The translations under genes were made by a program, and so were the position numbers. This document shows, piece after piece, positions 9,857-18,760 of a DNA stretch of 64,000 nt. The stretch's first letter is position 1. Each line of letters begins with the position of its first letter. Source of the DNA: Spirochaetia bacterium (lineage in GTDB: Bacteria > Spirochaetota > Spirochaetia > SZUA-6 > Bin103); assembly GCA_965208575.1 (NCBI GenBank), contig CBDBOV010000003.1:288001-352000 (forward strand). Direction: 5' to 3'. Under the pieces are notes generated by a model that saw only the letters and a program-made list of their open reading frames with translations, was not told the DNA's origin and did no database searches.

Positions 9857-10810
9857 ATGAAAGCCCACGTCATCAGGCGGTTGCTGCTGGTCATCCCCAC
9901 CCTGTTCATCCTCAGCATCCTGGTCTTTCTGTCGGTCCGCTTCATTCCGGGTGATGTGATCGACGTGATGCAAGGCAGGCTGGGCGGCCTGGGGCAGGTG
10001 GACCGTGCAGCGCTCGAGCGGATGCTGGGACTGGACCAGCCGGTGTACGTGCAGTACGGGCGCTGGTTGGGCGATATCCTGCTGCACGGCAGCCTGGGCC
10101 GCTCGCTGATGGGCGACTGGTCGGTAGAGGAGAAGATTCTCGCTCGATTGCCGGTCACCATCGAATTGGGCGTGCTGTCAATCGTCATCGGGCTGTTGAT
10201 CGCGCTCCCGGTCGGCATCTACTCGGCGATTCGCCAGGATACGGCGGTCGACTACGCCGGCCGCTCCATCGCCATCCTGGGCCTGGCAACGCCCAACTTC
10301 TGGCTCGCCCTGATGGTGATGATCTACCCGGCGATCTGGTGGGGCTGGTCGCCGCCGATGCGGCTGATCACGTTCAGCGAAGACCCGCTGGGGAACCTGG
10401 GCATGTTCCTGATTCCGAGCCTGATCCTGGGGACCTACCTGGCCGCCGCCACCATGCGCATGACGCGCACCATGATGCTGGAAGTGCTGCGCCAGGACTA
10501 CATCAGGACGGCGTGGTCCAAGGGCCTGAAGGAGCGGGTGGTGGTGGTGCGGCACGCGGTCAAGAACGTGCTGATTCCGGTGGTTACGCTGATCGGCCTG
10601 CAGTTGCCCATCCTGGTAGGCGGCGCCGTGATCATCGAGAATATCTTCAACCTGCCCGGTTTGGGCCGCCTGATGCTGGTGGCTCTCACTGACAGAGACT
10701 TCCCGGTGGTCGCCGGCATCAACCTGGTGTTCGGCACCGCGGTGATGGGGATCAACCTGATGATCGACCTGGTCTATGCGGTCCTGGATCCCCGGGTCCG
10801 GTACCAGTAG
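9857..10810 (+). CDS. ABC transporter permease (DppB/OppB-like)
   Basis: GLDQPVYVQY, TPNFWL, QDYIRTAWSKGL..RHA, IENIFNLPGLG, LDPRVRY. Confidence 0.95.
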   Translation: MKAHVIRRLLLVIPTLFILSILVFLSVRFIPGDVIDVMQGRLGGLGQVDRAALERMLGLDQPVYVQYGRWLGDILLHGSLGRSLMGDWSVEEKILARLPVTIELGVLSIVIGLLIALPVGIYSAIRQDTAVDYAGRSIAILGLATPNFWLALMVMIYPAIWWGWSPPMRLITFSEDPLGNLGMFLIPSLILGTYLAAATMRMTRTMMLEVLRQDYIRTAWSKGLKERVVVVRHAVKNVLIPVVTLIGLQLPILVGGAVIIENIFNLPGLGRLMLVALTDRDFPVVAGINLVFGTAVMGINLMIDLVYAVLDPRVRYQ

Positions 10811-10829
10811 GGGCCGGGGACGTGGCAGC

Positions 10830-11708
10830 ATGCGCACGCGGTTCCTGACCCGGCTGGTCAGGGAGAAGCCGCTCGGCACGGCCAGCGGCATCGCCGTAGT
10901 GATCCTGATTCTGGTGGCCATCTTCGCCGACGTCCTCGCTCCCTATCCCTACGGGGAACGGCACCTGCCGGACCGCCTGCAGGGCTCATCGGCCCAGTAC
11001 CTGCTCGGTACCGACCACCTGGGGCGCGACCTCCTGAGCCGCATCATCCACGGCGCCCGGGTCTCTCTGACGGTGGGTCTGGCAGCCACCACGGTCAACG
11101 TGCTGGTCGCCGTACTGATCGGCGGCACGTCGGGATTCCTGGGCGGCAGGCTGGACCTGGTGGTGCAGCGGTTCGTGGATGCCTGGATGTCGTTCCCGGG
11201 ACTGCTGCTGTTGTTGACCGTCATATCGATCGTGGGCCAGGGGCTGCTGCAACTGATCGCGGTCCTGGGCATCTCGGGCGGCATCGTCGGCTCGCGCGTG
11301 CTCAGGAGCGCGGTCATCGGGGTAAAGGGGAACGACTATTTTCAGTCGGCGGTGGCGATCGGCGCCTCGCAGTGGAAGATCATCGTCCGCCACGTGCTGC
11401 CCAACATCGCGGCACCGATCATCGTGGTATTCAGCATCAACGTGGGGGGCGTGATCATCTCGGAGGCTGCGTTGAGCTTCCTGGGCTTCGGCCTGCCGAT
11501 CGAGATTCCGAGCTGGGGCGGGATGCTGAGCCGGGAGGGACGCCAGTACATGGAGGCGGCGCCGCACCTCGCGTTGTGGCCCGGCCTGGCGTTGACGGTC
11601 ACCGTGTACAGCCTGAACATGCTCGGCGACGCGGTGCGCGACCTGCTCGACCCGCGGCTGATCGGTGGCGCCGGCCGCCTGGGCGCGCAAGACACCCGGT
11701 CCGTGTAG
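10830..11708 (+). CDS. ABC transporter permease (DppC/OppC-like)
   Basis: LLGTDHLGRDLLSRIIHGARVSL, RHVLPN, EAALSFLGFG, GDAVRDLLDPR. Confidence 0.95.
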   Translation: MRTRFLTRLVREKPLGTASGIAVVILILVAIFADVLAPYPYGERHLPDRLQGSSAQYLLGTDHLGRDLLSRIIHGARVSLTVGLAATTVNVLVAVLIGGTSGFLGGRLDLVVQRFVDAWMSFPGLLLLLTVISIVGQGLLQLIAVLGISGGIVGSRVLRSAVIGVKGNDYFQSAVAIGASQWKIIVRHVLPNIAAPIIVVFSINVGGVIISEAALSFLGFGLPIEIPSWGGMLSREGRQYMEAAPHLALWPGLALTVTVYSLNMLGDAVRDLLDPRLIGGAGRLGAQDTRSV

Positions 11709-11899
11709 CCGACGTTTAGTTTAGGCGCTGACGAGAGCTTGACTGACTACCGCGCATGTGAGACCGTGCCGCACCGTCGTAGCGCACACGAAGTGGGGCA
11801 AGGCGGCGGTTCCGGCCTTGTATCTGCGGCCACATGCCTTGCCGAAAGACAACACGAGCGATATCCTTGTAGTGACTGTGAGGCCACCGAGGGAAGAAT

Positions 11900-12157
11900 A
11901 TGCCCACGATTCTGTTTATTCTTGGCTGGCGATTGTTCTTTTACACAAATGAACGGCGTGAACCGCCTCATATTCATGGCCGTAAGGGTGATTGTGAATG
12001 CAAGTATTGGTTGGATACTGAAGACTACGATGTTCTTGAAGCTTACTGTTACAACATGAGCCCAAGGGATAAACGAGCAATTCGTAAAATCATTTTTGAT
12101 CATTTCGACTACATAATAGCGGAATGGAATCGAGTCCATAAAATGCGCAATGGATAA
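11900..12157 (+). CDS. DUF4160-domain protein (putative toxin)
   Basis: MPTI..GWRLFFYTNE..EPPHIH..KYWL; AT-rich relative to flanks; overlaps the next gene. Confidence 0.85.
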   Translation: MPTILFILGWRLFFYTNERREPPHIHGRKGDCECKYWLDTEDYDVLEAYCYNMSPRDKRAIRKIIFDHFDYIIAEWNRVHKMRNG

Positions 12158-12416
12158 ACACTACAAGATAATCAAAGTGTCCTTTGAGGACGATACGATG
12201 GTACTACAGGTTGATGGTAATACCCATTTGATCAATATCAAAGGGCAGTCCCAAAGACTCGCCATGGCCTCACAAGCACAGCGGCAACACTATGTTGTCT
12301 CGCCTGCGGGATACGGAATTCACTGGCCGCTAGTCGACGAGGATCTTTCTATCGACGGCCTGATTGGCATTGAACACGCGCCTCCCCTGCACGAGGAATC
12401 CAGTCGGGTCCGCTAA
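12150..12416 (+). CDS. DUF2442-domain protein (putative antitoxin)
   Basis: GYGIHWPLVDEDLSIDGL motif; paired with DUF4160. Confidence 0.88.
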   Translation: MDKHYKIIKVSFEDDTMVLQVDGNTHLINIKGQSQRLAMASQAQRQHYVVSPAGYGIHWPLVDEDLSIDGLIGIEHAPPLHEESSRVR

Positions 12417-12534
12417 TGGTCTGACATTGAGTCCGCGCTACGACACGGCGAGGCGAAGGCGCGCTGCGGCATTCGCGGGTCCGGCAGGTCGCGTCGCACC
12501 GGCAGTCCTCTATGGCCAGCGTTACCTTGAGGCT

Positions 12535-12867
12535 CGCGAACCACAGCAGCCGAAAGGCCCGGCTGCCGCGCAGCAACTCTCCGTAGCCGCCACGGCTACG
12601 CATGGCACGCCTCCGGCCGGCGCTGCGCCCGAATAACACCACTGCCGCGCAGCGATTCGCCGCCGCGTTCACGCATGCGGCGCCCCCGGCGGTGACCACG
12701 ACGGGCGCCCGCGGCGGAGTTGGAGCGAGCCGTCGCGTGTCTCCTGATCGGTTGGCGGGATGGTGGAGATACCTGTCGCCGGCGTCAACAAGCAGATGCA
12801 ATTCGCGCAATGGGGTTGGAGGTGCTGATCGAGTTGGTCGAGCGCGCCGGGGTGCTGATGAGCGCCG
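12535..12867. repeat. Degenerate relic of the MFS 5' end, intergenic region and DUF1801 3' end
   Basis: 12535-12630 ~ 26880-26975; ~12640-12810 ~ 27065-27240; ~12815-12867 ~ 27628-27680. Confidence 0.85.
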
Positions 12868-12896
12868 CCAAGCCGGGGTAGGTTACATACCTCGCC

Positions 12897-13247
12897 ATGA
12901 CTGCCGCCCACCCGCTGCCGCTCTCGTATATTGTGAGAACCTACGAGCTGAGTCCCGCGGTGCTGGAGACGGCAGCGCGGGCGGCGAAGCCGCAACGCTG
13001 GGAGGCGCTGATGTCAACGGTCGCGGAAGCATGGATGCGGGAGGGCAAGGCCGAGGGCAAGGCCCAGGGTAGAGCCGAGGGCAAGGCCGAGACGCTGCTT
13101 CGTCTTTTGCAGCGGCGATTCGGTCCCGTTGCGGAGAGTGCTCGGGCACGGGTGGCGGGCGGGTCGGCGGCGGAGATCGATGCCTGGTTCGATGCCCTGC
13201 TTGACGCGCAAAGCCTGACGGAGGTGTTCGACGCCCATCCGCAGTGA
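12897..13247 (+). pseudogene. Rpn/YhgA-like protein C-terminal part (DUF4351-like); possibly translated from ATG 13011 as a small protein
   Basis: MSTVAEAWMREGKAEGKAQGRAEGKAETLLRLLQRRFG..LLDAQSLTEVF; GGAGG at 13001-13005; no nuclease domain. Confidence 0.75.
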
Positions 13248-13291
13248 GCGCCGCCCGACCGCTCGGTGTGAGGCGAAGAGGTAACCGACCC

Positions 13292-13400
13292 ATGCCGGCC
13301 CCCGTTCTGCTGACGGACCAACAGGTTCAGGACTACCTGACCCATGGCTACCTGGTGCGGCGATGCGGCCATCCGGCTGCGGTGCACCGGCGCATCCTGC
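13292..13400 (+). pseudogene. Relic of the 5' end of the PhyH/HEAT gene
   Basis: PVLLTDQQVQDYLTHGYLV..GHPAAVHRRIL versus PILLTDTQVQDYLTNGYLV..GHPVVLHRRVL at 28552. Confidence 0.8.
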
Positions 13401-14060
13401 CGCCGCCGCCGTCAAGTCGCGCGGACGACCCCGCCGACCCCGCGAGGGCCACGATCTTGCGCCGCTTGCACTCTCGTGGCGGATGTGATAGAGTGACGAA
13501 ATGAAGCGAGCGAGAGCAACCGCTCAACCGCTCGCGTTTGACACCTGGCCTCGTCCATGCCACGGTTGCGCGAAGCGGGCCCGATGCGTATGACGCGCAA
13601 AGACACTTTTCAGCGTTGCTACCGGACGGTGGCTATCCAACCCGTGCGCCCGCCCGCCCCCCCCCCGGGGGGCCGCGGAGGCGATACACCTAACTCTCCA
13701 TCCTGCAGAAACAACCGAACGCTCCGGGCGACCGGGCGGCGCGTACGGGTGCTCCTGCGCGTGCCCTCGCCTTCGGCATCACACCGTCGACTATCGAACT
13801 ACCGAGCCAGACTATCCGGGCGGCCCAGGCGGCAACCCGCGCGTGAGATCCGCCAAACGGGGAGGTGCACGTTGGTACGCAAGGAACCACGCCACGCGCG
13901 CGGCCTGAGCCCATGAGCCCATGAGGCACCCGCCGCGCGCACGACGATCCGTGATTGCCGCCGCTGTTTGGCCGCCCGCGTTGCGGGCGCGAGAGTGGCA
14001 GGGAGCGGCAACTCACCATGGCAGAACTCTCAACACACAGAGAATCGAGGAGTGATCAAT

Positions 14061-15854
14061 ATGGATCTTCCAAGAATCGCACACACCTTCGTGTGTGTGC
14101 TCGTGCTCGGCTTGGCCGCAACCGGCCTGTGGGCGGCTGCGGCGGAAGAGGAGCCGGCCGCGGCGATGGAGAAGGAAATGGTGCGCGACCCGGCCACCGG
14201 CGAGATGGTCAGCGCTCCGCAGTATGGCGGGACCTTGACCTATGCCACCGGCGGGGCCGCTCCGGCGAATGCCGACACCCATTTCCTCCATGTCCAGGCA
14301 ATGGTCACCGGCGCCACCACGGAGAAGCTGGGCATCATGGACTGGGCCATCGACAGGGACGAGTTTTCGTTCCGCAACACGTACATACCGTTATCCGTCT
14401 ACCGACCACATCTGGCTGAGAGCTGGGACACTCCCGACCCGCTCACGATCATCTTCAACATCCGCAAGGGAGTGAACTGGCAAAACAAGGCGCCGATGAA
14501 CGGGAGGGAGTTTACCGCTGATGACGTCGTATTCAACTTTCGTCGCCTGCTGGGCCTGGGCGAGTTCGCCGAAGCCGGGCCGAGTCCCTTTACCTATCAG
14601 CGGCCACTTGGCGAGTCGGTAACGGCCACCGACCGATACACGGTCGTCATCAAGCTGCCGGAGCCCAGTGCCGTAGCGCTCGGACAGTATCTCGGCATCG
14701 GCCTCACCTACATGAACGCCCCCGAGGTGATCCGGGAGCACGGTGACGTGAAGGACTGGCGTAACCTGGTCGGTACCGGGCCCTATCTGCTGACCGATTG
14801 GACCGACGGTAGCTCATTTACCTTCCAGAAGAATCCCGACTACTGGAAAGACGACGAGAAGTACCCGGGGAATCGGCTGCCCTATATCGACGAGATACAG
14901 GGCCTTATCGTCCTGGAAGAAGCCACCTACCTGGCGGGGCTGCGCACCGGCAAGATTGATTTCCTGGGCTTTCCCGTTGGCGTCTCCGACATCACGTCGG
15001 TCGAAGTGCTTGAGAGCCTGCAGAAAAACAACCCCGAAATCATGCTGCAGGCGTGGTGGGACCGCTCGGAAAACTCGTATGCGATTGACGCGAGCAAGCC
15101 GCCGTTTGACGACGTCAGGGTGCGCCGGGCGATGCAGATGGCAATCGACCTCGAGGGCATCGACCGCAGCGTCTACCAGGGCACTTCAGCCTGGCAGCCT
15201 CAGGGTATAATCGGGGAAGGCGTCGGCGGGTACTTCACCCCTTTCGACGAGTGGCCCGAAGAGGTCAAGAAGGGCTATCGGTACGATCCGGCCGGGGCGG
15301 AAGCGTTGCTGGATGAGGCCGGTTATCCGCGCGGTGCCGACGGCACGCGATTCAAGACCGTGTTGAACCATCTCTATCGGTTTCCCTTGGGGTACAGCGA
15401 ACTGGCTGCCACCTACTGGGCCGAGATTGGCGTTGACGTGAAGATCAACGTATTGGATGAAGCTGACCCTGCGCGAAGCAACCGTACGTGGGAAGGTCTG
15501 ATATATCACACGATGGGCAACAATACTGAGCCGTTGGGTTTCGTACGCCAGATGGTCCACTCGAGCAGCCACGAAGACCTGCACGGAGTCAGGTACCCTG
15601 AGTTGGATGCCCTGCTCGACGCCGCCGCGGCCACTGATTCCGAACAGGAACGGCAGAGGCTGGTCAAAGAGGTGGATCTGTACACGATGGAGAACCACTG
15701 GTGGATATGGGGTCCCAAAGCCGGGAAGTACATGTCGCACCAGCCGTGGGTGGTCGGCTTCAACGGTGAAACCTGGCTTGGATTCATGGACCGCCTCACC
15801 ATCCTCGCACGTCTCTGGATCGACAGTGAACTGAAGGCGGAAATGGGTCATTAG
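14061..15854 (+). CDS. ABC transporter substrate-binding protein (SBP_bac_5), paralog 2
   Basis: First ~52 aa identical to the 7974 gene; same family motifs. Confidence 0.95.
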   Translation: MDLPRIAHTFVCVLVLGLAATGLWAAAAEEEPAAAMEKEMVRDPATGEMVSAPQYGGTLTYATGGAAPANADTHFLHVQAMVTGATTEKLGIMDWAIDRDEFSFRNTYIPLSVYRPHLAESWDTPDPLTIIFNIRKGVNWQNKAPMNGREFTADDVVFNFRRLLGLGEFAEAGPSPFTYQRPLGESVTATDRYTVVIKLPEPSAVALGQYLGIGLTYMNAPEVIREHGDVKDWRNLVGTGPYLLTDWTDGSSFTFQKNPDYWKDDEKYPGNRLPYIDEIQGLIVLEEATYLAGLRTGKIDFLGFPVGVSDITSVEVLESLQKNNPEIMLQAWWDRSENSYAIDASKPPFDDVRVRRAMQMAIDLEGIDRSVYQGTSAWQPQGIIGEGVGGYFTPFDEWPEEVKKGYRYDPAGAEALLDEAGYPRGADGTRFKTVLNHLYRFPLGYSELAATYWAEIGVDVKINVLDEADPARSNRTWEGLIYHTMGNNTEPLGFVRQMVHSSSHEDLHGVRYPELDALLDAAAATDSEQERQRLVKEVDLYTMENHWWIWGPKAGKYMSHQPWVVGFNGETWLGFMDRLTILARLWIDSELKAEMGH

Positions 15855-15929
15855 CCTGGCGGAGGGGGGCAACGAAATTGTCCCCCTCCGAGGGTCCGAT
15901 GACGCGCAGATCGCGGAAAGGCGTAGCAC

Positions 15930-16883
15930 ATGAGAGCCCACGTCATCAGGCGGTTGCTGCTGGTCATCCCCACCCTGTTCATCCTCAGCATCCTGGTCTT
16001 TCTGTCGGTCCGCTTCATTCCGGGTGATGTGATCGACGTGATGCAAGGCAGGCTGGGCGGCCTGGGGCAGGTGGACCGTGCAGCGCTCGAGCGGATGCTG
16101 GGACTGGACCAGCCGGTGTACGTGCAGTACGGGCGCTGGTTGGGCGATATCCTGCTGCACGGCAGCCTGGGCCGCTCGCTGATGGGCGACTGGCTGGTAG
16201 AGGAGAAGATTCTCGCTCGATTGCCGGTCACCATCGAATTGGGCGTGCTGTCAATCGTCATCGGGCTGTTGATCGCGCTCCCGGTCGGCATCTACTCGGC
16301 GATTCGCCAGGATACGGCGGTCGACTACGCCGGCCGCTCGATCGCCATCCTGGGCCTGGCAACGCCCAACTTCTGGCTTGCCCTGATGGTGATGATCTAC
16401 CCGGCGATCTGGTGGGGCTGGTCGCCGCCGATGCGGCTGATCACGTTCCGCGAAGACCCGCTGGGGAACCTGGGCATGTTCCTGATTCCGAGCCTGATCC
16501 TGGGGACCTACCTGGCCGCCGCCACCATGCGCATGACGCGCACCATGATGCTGGAAGTGTTGCGCCAGGACTACATCCGCACCGCGTGGTCCAAGGGCCT
16601 GAAGGAGCGGGTGGTGGTGGTGCGGCACGCGGTCAAGAACGTGCTGATTCCGGTGGTTACGCTGATCGGCCTGCAGTTGCCCATCCTGGTGGGTGGCGCC
16701 GTCATCATCGAGAACATCTTCAACCTGCCCGGTTTGGGCCGCCTGATGCTGGTGGCGCTCACTGACAGAGACTTCCCGGTGGTCGCCGGCATCAACCTGG
16801 TGTTCGGCACCGCGGTGATGGGGATCAACCTGATGATCGACCTGGTCTATGCGGTCCTGGATCCCCGGGTCCGGTACCAGTAG
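15930..16883 (+). CDS. ABC transporter permease (DppB-like), copy 2
   Basis: Differs from the 9857 protein at 3 visible residues. Confidence 0.95.
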   Translation: MRAHVIRRLLLVIPTLFILSILVFLSVRFIPGDVIDVMQGRLGGLGQVDRAALERMLGLDQPVYVQYGRWLGDILLHGSLGRSLMGDWLVEEKILARLPVTIELGVLSIVIGLLIALPVGIYSAIRQDTAVDYAGRSIAILGLATPNFWLALMVMIYPAIWWGWSPPMRLITFREDPLGNLGMFLIPSLILGTYLAAATMRMTRTMMLEVLRQDYIRTAWSKGLKERVVVVRHAVKNVLIPVVTLIGLQLPILVGGAVIIENIFNLPGLGRLMLVALTDRDFPVVAGINLVFGTAVMGINLMIDLVYAVLDPRVRYQ

Positions 16884-16902
16884 GGGCCGGGGACCTGGCA
16901 GC

Positions 16903-17781
16903 ATGCGCACGCGATTCCTGACCCGGCTGGTCAGGGAGAAGCCGCTCGGCACGGCCAGCGGCATCGCCGTAGTGATCCTGATTCTGGTGGCCATCTTCGC
17001 CGACGTCCTCGCTCCCTATCCCTATGGTGAGAGGCACCTGCCCGACCGCTTGCAGGGCTCATCGGCCCAGTACCTGCTCGGCACCGACCACCTGGGGCGC
17101 GACCTCCTGAGCCGCATCATCCACGGCGCCCGGGTCTCTCTGACGGTGGGTCTGGCAGCCACCACGGTCAACGTGCTGGTCGCCGTACTGATCGGCGGCA
17201 CGTCGGGATTCCTCGGCGGCAGGCTGGACCTGGTGGTGCAGCGGTTCGTGGATGCCTGGATGTCGTTCCCGGGACTGCTGCTGTTGTTGACCGTCATATC
17301 GATCGTGGGCCAGGGGCTGCTGCAACTGATCGCGGTCCTGGGCATCTCGGGCGGCATCGTCGGCTCGCGCGTGCTCAGGAGCGCGGTCATCGGGGTAAAG
17401 GGGAACGACTATTTTCAGTCGGCGGTGGCGATCGGCGCCTCGCAGTGGAAGATCATCGTCCGCCACGTGCTGCCTAACATCGCGGCACCGATCATCGTGG
17501 TATTCAGTATCAACGTGGGGGGCGTGATCATCTCGGAGGCTGCGTTGAGCTTTCTGGGCTTCGGCCTGCCGATCGAGATTCCGAGCTGGGGCGGGATGCT
17601 GAGCCGGGAGGGACGCCAGTACATGGAGGCGGCGCCGCACCTCGCGTTGTGGCCCGGCCTGGCGTTGACGGTCACCGTGTACAGCCTGAACATGCTCGGC
17701 GACGCGGTACGCGACCTGCTCGATCCGCGGCTGATCGGCGGCGCCGGCCGCCTGGGCGCGCAAGACACCCGGTCCGTGTAG
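16903..17781 (+). CDS. ABC transporter permease (DppC-like), copy 2
   Basis: Protein appears identical to the 10830 gene product. Confidence 0.95.
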   Translation: MRTRFLTRLVREKPLGTASGIAVVILILVAIFADVLAPYPYGERHLPDRLQGSSAQYLLGTDHLGRDLLSRIIHGARVSLTVGLAATTVNVLVAVLIGGTSGFLGGRLDLVVQRFVDAWMSFPGLLLLLTVISIVGQGLLQLIAVLGISGGIVGSRVLRSAVIGVKGNDYFQSAVAIGASQWKIIVRHVLPNIAAPIIVVFSINVGGVIISEAALSFLGFGLPIEIPSWGGMLSREGRQYMEAAPHLALWPGLALTVTVYSLNMLGDAVRDLLDPRLIGGAGRLGAQDTRSV

Positions 17782-17855
17782 CGGTAGTGAGCCGAAAAGG
17801 CGCTGCCGCATTCGCGCGTGCGCCGCATGCTTGACCAGGTGGATCTCGCCATGCT

Positions 17856-18344
17856 TCATGAGTCGTCCTGATACTCGAGCACCTCTCGGGCCTCGCGGTT
17901 CAGTTCCTCCGCGTGGGCGTCGAGCGCGGCAAGCTCTCGTTGCGGTGCCGGGGCAGGCCGCAGGTAGTCACTCGGTCGCAGGATCGTAAGGCCCGCAACC
18001 GTGGATCCGTAGTACGCGCCGAAGTGTGTGCGGTCGCCGGTGATCAGATGGGTCGCTCCGGCGGCCGCGGCCGCCGAGAACACGGGGCGGTCCTTGTCCG
18101 GCAGGTCCACGGGACACCGGTCGGCGGGAGACTCCGGTACGACGAGTGCGGATTGCAGCCTGGTGTCCAGCCGCCGGATCTGTTCCGGTTCCCGCAGGTT
18201 GCGGCGTGCTTCTTCGATCACGTAGCGAGACACCAGGAGCGTGCAACTCCCGGCGCGTTGCGCGTCCCACAGCCGCTCAATGCTGGGGCTGCCGTACGCC
18301 GCCGAGAACAACACGTTCGCATCGAGAAACAGTCGGTCTGCCAA
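17856..18344 (-). CDS. PIN-domain toxin (VapC-like) with a C-terminal extension
   Basis: LFLDANVLFSA..EEARRNL..DKDRPV..HLITGDRTHF. Confidence 0.88.
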   Translation of the reverse strand: MADRLFLDANVLFSAAYGSPSIERLWDAQRAGSCTLLVSRYVIEEARRNLREPEQIRRLDTRLQSALVVPESPADRCPVDLPDKDRPVFSAAAAAGATHLITGDRTHFGAYYGSTVAGLTILRPSDYLRPAPAPQRELAALDAHAEELNREAREVLEYQDDS

Positions 18345-18349
18345 TGAGG

Positions 18350-18637
18350 TCAGGTGGGACGGTCGTGGGGTACGCGGTCCGGGTCGAGACCGAGCTTGCG
18401 CACCTCCTCCCGCGCCCAGGCGTAGTCCTGCTCGTCCACGGCGTTTGTCAGCAGGAACTCCGCCTTGCGCTGGCGGGTGTAGGTCTCCACCGGCAGGGCT
18501 ACGGCGGGCCGCACCAGCACGCCTTCCTCGTGCGCCTCGGTGATCACGAAAGATCCCTCCTCCATGCCGTATTCGCGCCGCAGTTGCGCAGGAATCACCA
18601 CGGTGCCACGTTTACCGACTTTGCTCGTTTGCGTCAC
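18350..18637 (-). CDS. AbrB/MazE/SpoVT-family antitoxin
   Basis: SKVGKRGTVVIPAQLRREYGMEEG; GGAGG before GTG; directly upstream of the PIN gene. Confidence 0.88.
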   Translation of the reverse strand: MTQTSKVGKRGTVVIPAQLRREYGMEEGSFVITEAHEEGVLVRPAVALPVETYTRQRKAEFLLTNAVDEQDYAWAREEVRKLGLDPDRVPHDRPT

Positions 18638-18760
18638 ACGCACCTCCAGTTCGGTGCCTGATAATCTGATAATCAGAATAGCAGAACCTTCTCGAGCCGC
18701 CAAGCCGGCAAGCCCGCACGGCTCGGATGACACTCGCATGACGGATATACTCTCGCCGCG

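Larger units (their letters stand above)
7464..11708 (+). repeat. Duplicated ABC operon unit, copy 1 (copy 2 at 13534-17781)
   Basis: Leader, signal region and both permeases nearly identical; SBP body diverged. Confidence 0.95.
13534..17781 (+). repeat. Duplicated ABC operon unit, copy 2
   Basis: See copy 1. Confidence 0.95.

Noticed and set aside
7974-15854. Diversity-generating retroelement acting on the SBPs
   Set aside because: There is no reverse transcriptase in the window, and differences are gene-wide, include indels and are not adenine-specific.
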